Below are positions 39,150 to 48,268 of a stretch of DNA of 64,000 nucleotides, in pieces. Position 1 is the first letter of the stretch. Every line of letters starts with the position of its first letter. Source of the DNA: Patescibacteria group bacterium (GTDB lineage: Bacteria; Patescibacteriota; Patescibacteriia; UBA10025; JAHIVO01). The notes beneath the pieces are model-generated. The model searched no databases, was not told the origin of the DNA, and saw only the letters and a program-made list of their open reading frames with translations. The DNA lies in NCBI GenBank assembly GCA_049325535.1, contig JBMOKY010000001.1, forward strand, positions 1,008,048-1,072,047, in the 5' to 3' direction. The translations under genes were made by a program, and so were the position numbers.

Positions 39150-41127
39150 ACTCCGCTCCCCGTTCAAGCCTACCGGAGATCAGCCCATGGCTATCAAAAA
39201 ACTGGTGGGTGGTTTAGCGCAGCACAAACATCAGACACTCCTTGGGGTCACCGGTTCCGGGAAAACATTTACCATGGCCAATGTCATCCAGCGGGTGCAG
39301 AAACCAACGCTGATTATTTCCCACAATAAAACGCTGGCTGCCCAACTTGCTTCTGAGTTTGAGGACTTCTTCCCAGAAAATTCAGTCCACTACTTCGTCT
39401 CCTACTACGACTACTACCAGCCTGAAGCCTATATCCCCAGAAGTGACACCTACATCGAAAAAGAAACGCAGATGAATGAAGAAATCGACCGTCTGCGCCA
39501 CGCCTCCACCGCCGCGCTGCTTTCCCGGGACGACGTCATCATCGTTGCTTCCGTTTCCTGTATTTACGGTCTGGGGTCACCCACTGAATACAAAAAAGAT
39601 GTGCTGAACCTCCGGCAAGGCCAGCACATCAAACGCGATCTCGTCCTTTTTGCCCTGGTCAATATCCAATACCAGCGCAACCAGACTGATTTGTGGCGCA
39701 ATCGATTTCGAGTACAGGGCGACGTGGTTGAGGTATTCCCCTCATCATCCGAAAATAACTACTACCAAATCAGGTTTTGGGGGGACAGTGTGGAAAAAAT
39801 CGTGGAAATCGATTCACTCACCCGGGCAGTGGTCAGAGAACACACCGAGGTGGACATCTACCCGGCCAAACACTACCTGGCGCCGGATGAAATAGTCAAA
39901 CAGGCGCTGGCGGAGATTGAGCATGACATGGACATGCAGGTGGCGGCATTCAAAAAAGCAAATAAGTATGTGGAAGCGCAACGGCTGGAGGAGCGCACCC
40001 GCTATGACCTCGATATGATCCGGGAAGTAGGATATTGCAATGGCATCGAAAACTATTCGAGGTACTTTGACCAGCGTACCGCCGGACAGCCACCATCTAC
40101 CCTGATTGATTTTTTCCCCAAGGATTTCCTCCTCTTTATCGATGAATCACATATGACGATCCCCCAAATCCGCGGCATGTATTTCGGCGACCGCTCGCGC
40201 AAAGAAACGCTGGTCAGGTACGGTTTCCGCCTCCCCGCGGCTATGGATAATCGCCCCCTTCAGTATGAGGAATTCAGTACAAAAATAAACCGAGCCATCT
40301 ACGTATCGGCTACCCCGGGGGAATACGAACAAGAACTGTCGACGCAGACCGTAGAACAATTAATCCGCCCGACGGGACTCCTTGACCCGACTGTGGAAAT
40401 CCGGGCGACCGAACACCAAATCGATAATCTGCTCGAGGAGATTCGGGTGCGGGTAAATAAAAAACAGCGAGTGCTCGTCACCACGCTGACGAAGCGTATG
40501 GCCGAAGATCTCACCGACTACCTGGCCGATCTGGATATCAAAGTCCAGTACCTGCACTCGGAGGTAGATACCATGGAGCGACTGGAAATACTCCGTGATT
40601 TACGGACCGGAAAGTACGACGTACTCATCGGCATCAATCTGCTACGGGAGGGGCTGGATTTGCCCGAGGTTTCTTTGATTGCAATTCTGGATGCTGATAA
40701 AGAAGGCTACCTCCGCTCAGATACCGCGCTGATCCAAACCATGGGCCGAGCCGCTCGCCATGTCGAGGGCCATATCATCATGTACGCGGATGCGGTCACC
40801 CAATCGATGCGACGGGCCATAGACGAAACCGTTCGCCGGCGCACTATTCAGGAATCATACAACACCAAACACGGCATCACCCCCCAATCAATCACCAAAG
40901 CGATCAAAGAAACACGACTAGCCGGCGCAAAAACAAAGGCGGCAGCCGATACAGCCCACTCCGCAGACCAAATACCACCGGAGGAGATTCCGCACCTGTT
41001 AGCGGACATGCAATCAAAAATGGAATTGGCAGCCCAAAATCTCGAATTTGAAGAGGCGGCTCGATTGAGAGACTGGATTACTGAAATCGAGAATAGCCAG
41101 CAACCCAAGAGACGCCGGAAGAAATGA
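39139..41127 (+). CDS. uvrB: Excinuclease ABC subunit B
   Basis: Walker A GVTGSGKTFTMA, helicase motifs, beta-hairpin, and a C-terminal UvrC-interaction coiled coil (FEEAARLRD). Confidence 0.95.
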   Translation: MPFKLRSPFKPTGDQPMAIKKLVGGLAQHKHQTLLGVTGSGKTFTMANVIQRVQKPTLIISHNKTLAAQLASEFEDFFPENSVHYFVSYYDYYQPEAYIPRSDTYIEKETQMNEEIDRLRHASTAALLSRDDVIIVASVSCIYGLGSPTEYKKDVLNLRQGQHIKRDLVLFALVNIQYQRNQTDLWRNRFRVQGDVVEVFPSSSENNYYQIRFWGDSVEKIVEIDSLTRAVVREHTEVDIYPAKHYLAPDEIVKQALAEIEHDMDMQVAAFKKANKYVEAQRLEERTRYDLDMIREVGYCNGIENYSRYFDQRTAGQPPSTLIDFFPKDFLLFIDESHMTIPQIRGMYFGDRSRKETLVRYGFRLPAAMDNRPLQYEEFSTKINRAIYVSATPGEYEQELSTQTVEQLIRPTGLLDPTVEIRATEHQIDNLLEEIRVRVNKKQRVLVTTLTKRMAEDLTDYLADLDIKVQYLHSEVDTMERLEILRDLRTGKYDVLIGINLLREGLDLPEVSLIAILDADKEGYLRSDTALIQTMGRAARHVEGHIIMYADAVTQSMRRAIDETVRRRTIQESYNTKHGITPQSITKAIKETRLAGAKTKAAADTAHSADQIPPEEIPHLLADMQSKMELAAQNLEFEEAARLRDWITEIENSQQPKRRRKK

Positions 41128-41194
41128 TGAGCATTGTTCCATACATTAAATTTAAATATTGCCCGGTGGCGCACACATGGTACACTAAACTCAG

Positions 41195-41380
41195 TTCATT
41201 GGCTCTCCACAGCCATGCTGCCCGCCCACGCATCCGGTGCGTGCGAGTCTTCTCGGCCCTTTGCGGTCAGCCCCCTATCATATCCTCCTCCAGAAAAACC
41301 GTGTAGGAATGCCTGCCGAATGCGTAACGGAGATCGCGTGCCCGAAAGGTAAGAGGATGCTATAGGGGGCTTTTTTCTGT
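41195..41380 (+). ncRNA. Candidate structured non-coding RNA (unknown class) in the uvrB / purF-like convergent spacer
   Basis: GCCCCCUAU (about 41271) pairs with AUAGGGGGC (about 41362), enclosing ~90 nt with internal hairpins (for example GUGCCC-GAAA-GG), followed by UUUUUU. A possible promoter TTGCCC-16 nt-TACACT lies at 41159-41186. No ORF with an RBS is present. Confidence 0.25.
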
Positions 41381-41415
41381 AAAAAAAATCCGGCTGCCAC
41401 GCGTGGTAGCAGCCG
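41381..41415 (-). terminator. Intrinsic terminator after the purF-like gene
   Basis: On the minus strand CCGGCUGCUACCACGCGUGGCAGCCGG hairpin followed by AUUUUUUUU. Confidence 0.6.
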
Positions 41416-41445
41416 GTTACGGTCAATATAATATGACGATTCCTC

Positions 41446-42957
41446 CTAAATGCGAAGTTCCTTGCTCCAGCAGCCGGTGCAAAAATGCCGGGCGTCTTTC
41501 CCCGCTACTTTGAGCAAACCCTCAAGCGAAAGGTAGCGCAGACTGGAAACCCGCAGGTGTTCCCGTTCGATCTTCTCGATCGCCATGGTAGCGGCGATGA
41601 GATCACCCTTGGTTGCCATGTCGATGCCGTAGGGGCACCGTTCCACCACCGGCGGACAGCTGATCCGCACATGGATTTCCTTTGCCCCGGCGGCGCGCAG
41701 GGTCCGCACCAACCGTTGGATCGATGTGCCATAGACGATAGAGTCGTCCACCACCACGATCCGCGGCCGTTTGGTGAAGAGCGCGTGCATCGGCCGATAT
41801 TTGATCGAGGCGAGATGTTTCCGATTCGACAGTTCCGGACTGATGAATGTCCGGCTGACATACGGATTCCGCACCAGGCCGATACGGTAAGCCAGTCCGC
41901 TCTCATCGGCAAATCCGGCGGCGGCCAGATCCCCGGAGGCCGGAATGGAGATGACGCAATCGGCATCCGCGTCACCCATCGGATGTTCGGCGGCCAGCTG
42001 TTTGCCCAGACGGTAACGGAAACTGTTTACCTCCTCGGTCTGGTCCTCGAGGTAATCGAACCAGTAGTTCCCATTGTCCCACTGTACCATGATTTTATAG
42101 CACAGCGGGTTGCCATCAGTCGGCACGCGGAAGCGGCTGTCCGGACGCTGGAAATACACATATTCAAACAGGCAGAGGGCCCGCCGTTCCTCCGGCTCGA
42201 CCAGTTGCTGTCGCACGATCTGAGGATCGTGCAGATGCACCGTCAGCATTTCGCCCGGCAACACCTGATTGATACTCACCGTCCCGTCCTGGTGTCCTTC
42301 TTCGGCCCGATAGGTCAGGATGCCGTTGAGAGCGCAGTCCTCGGAGGCGAAGACGAAATAGTCGCCGACCGTCATGTAGAAGAGCGGCCGATTGGCAAAC
42401 CGATCACGGAACAGGTGAACCGTATCCCGAGTTGCCAGCCAGGAAGAAAATGATGCGCTGGAATGGAGCATCAAATGGCGGATGCCATCCTCCAGCCGGT
42501 CGAAATTATTGTCAGCATGGTAGAGGATATGCTGCACCAGCAATTCCGCATCATTCTGACTGTCGAAGACCAGGCCCTGCTCCTCCAGCTCACGACGCGC
42601 TTCGGCATAATGGCGATGATCACCATTACTCCCCAGCGCGATAGTACCTCTGCCCGGACGCAAAAACTGCGGCTGGGCATTGCGCTTGGTGCTTCTGCCC
42701 TGGGTAGAAAAGCGCCCCTGCAAACACATGAGTTGCGGAGTATCGGCCCGGAGGCTCTGATACACTTCCCGGTTACCGAACGCGGATTCAAACAGGCCTG
42801 CCTGTTTGTAGACTCTGAGGATTCGTCCGTCGGAATGGGCAAACCCCAGCCATTCGTGCCCCCGGTGCTGCAAATCACCGCCAAGAATGGCGACCAATTT
42901 CATCACTTCATCGGGGTCGACGGTTTTCATGGGAATGACGCCGCCAATAGAACACAT
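41446..42957 (-). CDS. purF: Amidophosphoribosyltransferase-like protein (class II glutamine amidotransferase Ntn domain + PRTase domain)
   Basis: N-terminal MCSIGGV (catalytic Cys2) and the PRPP-binding motif VVDDSIVYGTS. Confidence 0.7.
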   Translation of the reverse strand: MCSIGGVIPMKTVDPDEVMKLVAILGGDLQHRGHEWLGFAHSDGRILRVYKQAGLFESAFGNREVYQSLRADTPQLMCLQGRFSTQGRSTKRNAQPQFLRPGRGTIALGSNGDHRHYAEARRELEEQGLVFDSQNDAELLVQHILYHADNNFDRLEDGIRHLMLHSSASFSSWLATRDTVHLFRDRFANRPLFYMTVGDYFVFASEDCALNGILTYRAEEGHQDGTVSINQVLPGEMLTVHLHDPQIVRQQLVEPEERRALCLFEYVYFQRPDSRFRVPTDGNPLCYKIMVQWDNGNYWFDYLEDQTEEVNSFRYRLGKQLAAEHPMGDADADCVISIPASGDLAAAGFADESGLAYRIGLVRNPYVSRTFISPELSNRKHLASIKYRPMHALFTKRPRIVVVDDSIVYGTSIQRLVRTLRAAGAKEIHVRISCPPVVERCPYGIDMATKGDLIAATMAIEKIEREHLRVSSLRYLSLEGLLKVAGKDARHFCTGCWSKELRI

Positions 42958-43098
42958 ACCAAACTCCCTTCGTATCGGGGTTATATTGTTTACGAACTAT
43001 TATTGTTTTTCTTTTGAGAGAAGGGGTTATCTTACACTACTCGTCAAACAACTGTCAAAAAGTTATTGCGACATGGTATACTCACCCCACTGCCTATG

Positions 43099-44028
43099 AA
43101 AAAAGTACTCGTCACCGGAACATTTGACCTCCTCCATCCCGGCCACTACCGACTGTTACAATCGGCCAAGCGTCTGGGGGATTTTTTGACGGTGGTCATC
43201 GCCCGTGACGAGACGGTCAAGCGCGTCAAAGGATACAATCCTTTCTTCACCCAAGCCGATCGGGTACAAAACATGCGCGCACTCGGCATCGCCCACCGGG
43301 TCATCCCCGGCGGCAGCGGCGATAAATTGTCAGTCATTGCCTCCGAACGGCCTGATATCATCTGTCTGGGGTACGACCAGCATGCCTTTACCGATGACCT
43401 CGAGAAAAAGCTAACTGCCCGTGGCTTCACCCCGCGCATCGTCCGCATCCGTCGATTTAGCGCTGGTATGTTCCGCACCGGCGGATTGCATGCCGCTGGA
43501 TTAGTGGCCCTGCATCGTACTGATCCGACACTGGTTATCGAACCGCGCTATGCCACCGCCCGGAATTTCACCGGTCAACGGCTATACCACAACCGTATTA
43601 TTCTGGGACGAACGCATGTGGCGCGTATGGTGAAGCGCGCGCAAACCGTCTTGCGCCGCCAAGGATACGGACTCAAGATTTGGGATTGTTACCGGCCGTT
43701 ATCCGTACAAAAAATCCTCTGGTGCCATCTGCCGGATGAGCGCTATGTCGGCAATCCAAAAAAAGGGCCGGTGCATACGCGTGGCACCGGTGTGGACTGC
43801 ACCCTAGTGGACCGGCGCGGACGCCCATTACCCATGCCCACGAAGTACGACGAATTTTCAGATCGAGCGCATCGTCAGCATCCCCCGCATCCGACGACCG
43901 GATGGCGGCACTCCCGCATCCTCGAACAAGCTATGACCCGTGCCGGATTCGAGGCGTTGCCCACCGAATGGTGGCATTTTTCTGATCCCCGGTGGAAACA
44001 ATACCCGGTTATCGATATCGCCATCTGA
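43099..44028 (+). CDS. Two-domain fusion: cytidylyltransferase-like HxGH nucleotidyltransferase domain + VanX/DdpX-type D-Ala-D-Ala dipeptidase (M15D) domain
   Basis: N-terminal MKKVLVTGTFDLLHPGHYRLL (HxGH nucleotide-binding motif, ~130 aa). The C-terminal half carries VHTRGTGVDC (SxHxxGxAxD-like) and EWWHFSD, the Zn-ligand and catalytic motifs of VanX-family dipeptidases. The longest ORF starts at 43066. Confidence 0.65.
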   Translation, partial: KKVLVTGTFDLLHPGHYRLLQSAKRLGDFLTVVIARDETVKRVKGYNPFFTQADRVQNMRALGIAHRVIPGGSGDKLSVIASERPDIICLGYDQHAFTDDLEKKLTARGFTPRIVRIRRFSAGMFRTGGLHAAGLVALHRTDPTLVIEPRYATARNFTGQRLYHNRIILGRTHVARMVKRAQTVLRRQGYGLKIWDCYRPLSVQKILWCHLPDERYVGNPKKGPVHTRGTGVDCTLVDRRGRPLPMPTKYDEFSDRAHRQHPPHPTTGWRHSRILEQAMTRAGFEALPTEWWHFSDPRWKQYPVIDIAI

Positions 44029-44098
44029 AACTTGACCAAGTGAATAAAACTGGCTACACTTCATCCTACTTACTTATCATCAATCTCACACTAATGCT

Positions 44099-44359
44099 AT
44101 GCCCATCAAGCACGCCTCAGCCAAACATCTACGTCAAACCGTCCGCCGAACCTCCCGCAACCACGCGGTCATCGCCAAATTACGCTCTCTGATCAAGACA
44201 GCGCGTAAAGCAATCGCCGCCAAGGACAAAGAAAAAGCCCAGGCAGCAGTACGTGCCGCTGCTACGGCAATCGATAAGGCCGCGCAAAATAAAGTGATGA
44301 AAAAAAACACCGCCAGCCGGTATAAATCACGCCTGACAACCGCCCTCAACAAAATCTAA
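44099..44359 (+). CDS. rpsT: 30S ribosomal protein S20
   Basis: MPIKHASAKHLRQTVRRTSRNHA... is highly basic and alpha-helical with rpsT length and sequence. Confidence 0.9.
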   Translation: MPIKHASAKHLRQTVRRTSRNHAVIAKLRSLIKTARKAIAAKDKEKAQAAVRAAATAIDKAAQNKVMKKNTASRYKSRLTTALNKI

Positions 44360-45339
44360 GCACGAGCGGTACCGAGTCGCGTCACCAACAGGTCAAACAT
44401 GAGCTGCGGATTTTGTGATGATGTCTTCAGGGCGATATCAGTATCCAGCAGCATGCCATATACCATTTTCAACTCATCAATTTTGTACCGGCGTATATCC
44501 CGTACTGCTTTTTGTACCACGAATGGATGCAGCCCCAGCCGCCGGGCGATGGTGGCCGGATGCGGTTCGGTTTCGGCCAATGACCGCACTTGGAGTAAAA
44601 TGCGGAACTGGCGGATGACCATGGTCAGTATATAAAGCGGGGCGGCGCCGGAAGCAAATTGATCATGGAGTAATCGCACCGTCGTTTTCGTGTCACGCGC
44701 CGCTAATGCATCGGATAAATGAAATATATTTTCATCATAGGCCGCGCGGACCATCTGCCGAACATCCGCCGCACGAATCAACTGTCCGGCTCGGTAATTG
44801 ATGAGTTTTTCTATCTCGGCGGCCATTTCCCAGAGATCACTGCCGATCAGTCCCGCCATTTCCCCCACCGCCGACGACTCAATCCGTCCGCCCCGCCGCC
44901 GTACCTCCTGCTGGATCCATGTGGTCAGCTGCACGCCCGTGAGAAGCGGGAATGACTCCACAGTCGCTTCCTTATCCAGAAAAACAGCCAGCGGATGGGC
45001 GCTCTTCCTACCCCGGCCACGTCCCGTATCGACTTCTTCCTCGACACAGATAATAACCGCGTCGCCAGTATATTCTCCAGTGAGATAGTCGACGATAGCT
45101 GGTCCCAATTGCTTACTTTTATTTTTTGTGATGACGTTTTCGATGACCACCAGCCGTTTTGTCGCTAGAAATCCGACCTGCCCAATCGCCTGGCGCAGCG
45201 CTTCCAGAGTCAATTTCTCCCCATCAAGCACCGTAGTATTATACCCCTGCGGATCATATTTTTTTCTAAATCCAGCCTGATAATACTGCAACCGCTGGCG
45301 CAGACGGTACGTGTCGGGTCCATGGAGATACATAATCAT
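44356..45339 (-). CDS. holA: DNA polymerase III subunit delta
   Basis: 327 aa. An N-terminal clamp-loader delta-like domain with conserved leucine-rich helices. Its start overlaps the polA stop. Confidence 0.75.
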   Translation of the reverse strand: MIMYLHGPDTYRLRQRLQYYQAGFRKKYDPQGYNTTVLDGEKLTLEALRQAIGQVGFLATKRLVVIENVITKNKSKQLGPAIVDYLTGEYTGDAVIICVEEEVDTGRGRGRKSAHPLAVFLDKEATVESFPLLTGVQLTTWIQQEVRRRGGRIESSAVGEMAGLIGSDLWEMAAEIEKLINYRAGQLIRAADVRQMVRAAYDENIFHLSDALAARDTKTTVRLLHDQFASGAAPLYILTMVIRQFRILLQVRSLAETEPHPATIARRLGLHPFVVQKAVRDIRRYKIDELKMVYGMLLDTDIALKTSSQNPQLMFDLLVTRLGTARA

Positions 45340-48128
45340 AGTACAATCGGCATTAATGTTCCCCAGGTATCTCCCGCTTCTACCTCGGTCACGATCGGCA
45401 CGCGCAACGTATAAGCGCCATTCATCTGCTCGGCCACAAAAGCCGCCACCTTTTGCACCTCCATTTCAGGTACTTCAAACACTAGCTCGTCATGCACCTG
45501 TAATATCATCCGGGTTTGCGGACTGACGCTGGGCAGCTGGCGATGGATATTGATCATGGCTACTTTCAGGAGATCAGCTGCCGTACCCTGGATCGGCATA
45601 TTGACGGCCATACGTTCCGCCGCCGCCCGCACCTGGGGCATAGAAGCGTTGATATCCGGGAGATACCGTCGCCGGCCAAACAACGTCTCCACATATCCCT
45701 GCTCGTGCGCCAGGGCGATCGTCGCGGCGATGTACTCCTGGATTTCCGGATGTACCATAAAATATTTTTCGATAAACGCCCGGGCCCGGTCACGCGACAT
45801 ACCCTGCCGCGAGGCCAATCCCCAGGCACCCATACCGTACAGGATGCCAAAATTTACCTCTTTTGCTTCATAGCGCTGTTGTTTGGTGACCTGCTCCAGC
45901 GGGATTTGATTGACATCTGCGGCAGTACGGCGATGTATGTCCTCGCCGCGCCGGAATGCGTCGATCATCTTTTCGTCTCCGGCGATCGAGGCGACGATCC
46001 TGAGTTCTATCTGTGAATAATCCGCCGCCAGTATCCGATAACCGGGCTCAGCGATGAATGCCCGGCGGATCTGTGCTCCGGTCTCCGTGCGAATCGGTAT
46101 GTTCTGCAAATTTGGATCCGATGATGACAGCCGCCCGGTAGCGGTTACTGCCTGATTGAAACTGGTATGCACTCGTTTGGTCTTTGGATTGACCAATACC
46201 GGGAGCGCGTCGAGATAGGTTGATTTCAATTTGGACAGCTCGCGGTACTCCTGCAGCAGGACAATAATCGGATGCTTGTCCTTCAGTTTTTCCAGCTGGG
46301 CTGCGGCGGTCGATAGGCCGGTTTTGGTCTTGCCGATGCCCTCAGTACTGATATGCAGGCGCTCAAACAGCACCTCCTTCAGCTGGAGCGGGGAATTGAT
46401 ATTGAATTCAACGCCGGCCATGTCATATATTTTTTTTTCCAAAGTCCCGATCGTGGTGCCAGTTTTTTGAGACAGCGTATTTAAAAAAGCTGTATCAATT
46501 TTCACGCCATTTTGTTCCAGCGTAGCCAGGACCGGAATGAGCGGTACCTCCAGTTTGTCCATCAAACCAGACATATTTTTTTCCTCCAGCTCACTGGTAA
46601 AATGCTGATACAGTTGCCAGGTGTATTCCGCGTCTTCCGCGGCGTACCAGGCGATCCGATCGACGGGCACCATATCCATGGAAATCTGCTGTTTGCCTTT
46701 GCCGATGAGGTCAGTTATCGGCTCCATTTCATATCCAAAAATTTCAAAAGCGAGATTATCCAGGCTGTGCCCCCGCGAACCAGGATTCAGTAAATAGGAG
46801 GCGACCATGCTATCAAATGCAATCGGATGTAGATTGATGCCCACCTGCCAGAGCATGGCCAGATCATACTTGATGTTGTGTCCCACTTTTTTTATGGTGG
46901 GATGTTCCAGCAATAATTTCAATTGCGGGAGCCACTCCGCATGGTCGGCCACGTGCATATAATACGCCGTGCCAGACTGCCAGCAGAGGCTGACCCCGAG
47001 CAGTCGGGCGCGAAATGGATCGACGCTGGTGGATTCGGTATCCACCGCCAATACCGGCTGTCGCATGGCCGCCGCCATACAGTCAGCAAACTGTGCGCCG
47101 GTCTGAATATGGATGTATTGCGATGGGGAGGTTCGCGGCACCGTCGAGGGTATGTTCGCCGATTCCGGACGCGGAGCGACTGTAGTATTTTTTGGAATCA
47201 CCGATTCGGCATTCAGCGCATCACTTGTGGACACACTGACATCCGGCAGACGATTGAGCAGGCTCTTAAATTCCAGCTCCTGAAACAGGGAAAATACAGC
47301 CTGCCGGTCATACGGCCGTAAAGCGCAATCGTCCGGTGAGTATGTGATAGGCACGTCGCGCACGATGGTCGCCAGCCGCTTGCTCATCATTGCCTCCTTT
47401 TCTTGCTTCTGCAGGAGCGCCAAATTTCGTTTTTTGATATCCGCCGTTTTGCCGGCGGCGATAGCTTGATATATCTTTTCTACTGATTCAAACCGCCGTA
47501 ATAATTCCGTCGCCCCCTTATCACCGATGCCTTTGACCCCGGGAATATTATCAGACGGATCGCCGGCGATTGCTTTCAGGTCAATCATCTGGATGGGATC
47601 CAGGCCGTATGTATCCCGGAACGCCGCCGTATCATACGTCACCGTATCGGCAATGCCCTTGCGGAGGGTATGCACCACGGTATGCTCATCAATCAGCTGA
47701 AAGGCGTCCTTGTCTCCGGTGACGATGATATTTTCGATCCCAGCCGTTTCATTTTCCCGGGCAATAGTACCGATCACGTCATCCGCTTCAAAACCATCAA
47801 TCTCATAGACCGGAATCTGAAAAGCGGCGAGTATAGCTTTGACAATAGGAATCTGGGTATAAAATTCATCCGGGGTTTCTGCCCGTCCGGCCTTGTACTC
47901 CGCATATTCCTCGTGGCGGAATGTTTTTTTGGCCTTATCAAAAGCCACCGCGATATGCGTCGGTTTAAATTCCTTCAGCACTTTAAATAACACTGAGGTA
48001 AACCCGTACACCGCATTCACCATCTGCCCGCTCTTGGTGGTCAGGGTCGGTGGCAACGCATGGAAACTCCGGTGCAGAAGCGCATTGGCATCGATTATGA
48101 CGGCTTTTTGTCGTTTGACGGCTGACAT
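45336..48128 (-). CDS. polA: DNA polymerase I (5'-3' exonuclease, 3'-5' exonuclease and polymerase domains)
   Basis: 930 aa. N-terminal FEN-like domain, a central exonuclease-like domain, and C-terminal family A polymerase motifs A/B/C (DYSQIELR, RRxAKxxNFGxxYG, HDE). Confidence 0.95.
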   Translation of the reverse strand: MSAVKRQKAVIIDANALLHRSFHALPPTLTTKSGQMVNAVYGFTSVLFKVLKEFKPTHIAVAFDKAKKTFRHEEYAEYKAGRAETPDEFYTQIPIVKAILAAFQIPVYEIDGFEADDVIGTIARENETAGIENIIVTGDKDAFQLIDEHTVVHTLRKGIADTVTYDTAAFRDTYGLDPIQMIDLKAIAGDPSDNIPGVKGIGDKGATELLRRFESVEKIYQAIAAGKTADIKKRNLALLQKQEKEAMMSKRLATIVRDVPITYSPDDCALRPYDRQAVFSLFQELEFKSLLNRLPDVSVSTSDALNAESVIPKNTTVAPRPESANIPSTVPRTSPSQYIHIQTGAQFADCMAAAMRQPVLAVDTESTSVDPFRARLLGVSLCWQSGTAYYMHVADHAEWLPQLKLLLEHPTIKKVGHNIKYDLAMLWQVGINLHPIAFDSMVASYLLNPGSRGHSLDNLAFEIFGYEMEPITDLIGKGKQQISMDMVPVDRIAWYAAEDAEYTWQLYQHFTSELEEKNMSGLMDKLEVPLIPVLATLEQNGVKIDTAFLNTLSQKTGTTIGTLEKKIYDMAGVEFNINSPLQLKEVLFERLHISTEGIGKTKTGLSTAAAQLEKLKDKHPIIVLLQEYRELSKLKSTYLDALPVLVNPKTKRVHTSFNQAVTATGRLSSSDPNLQNIPIRTETGAQIRRAFIAEPGYRILAADYSQIELRIVASIAGDEKMIDAFRRGEDIHRRTAADVNQIPLEQVTKQQRYEAKEVNFGILYGMGAWGLASRQGMSRDRARAFIEKYFMVHPEIQEYIAATIALAHEQGYVETLFGRRRYLPDINASMPQVRAAAERMAVNMPIQGTAADLLKVAMINIHRQLPSVSPQTRMILQVHDELVFEVPEMEVQKVAAFVAEQMNGAYTLRVPIVTEVEAGDTWGTLMPIVL

Positions 48129-48268
48129 AGGTGTACCTATTGTACCAGCTTATCCGCCTTGCTGTCATGCGCCAGTCAGTCACAATCTATCAACATTGAC
48201 AAACAACATCCAAATTGGTACGGTTGCATGATTTTCCGCTCTTTAACTTTTCCCGTGGAGGAAATACC

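Noticed and set aside
41485-42453. 322-aa ORF on the plus strand
   Set aside because: It lies entirely antisense within the purF-like gene, has no RBS, and has a low-complexity Arg/Pro/Gly-rich composition typical of shadow ORFs in GC-rich coding DNA.
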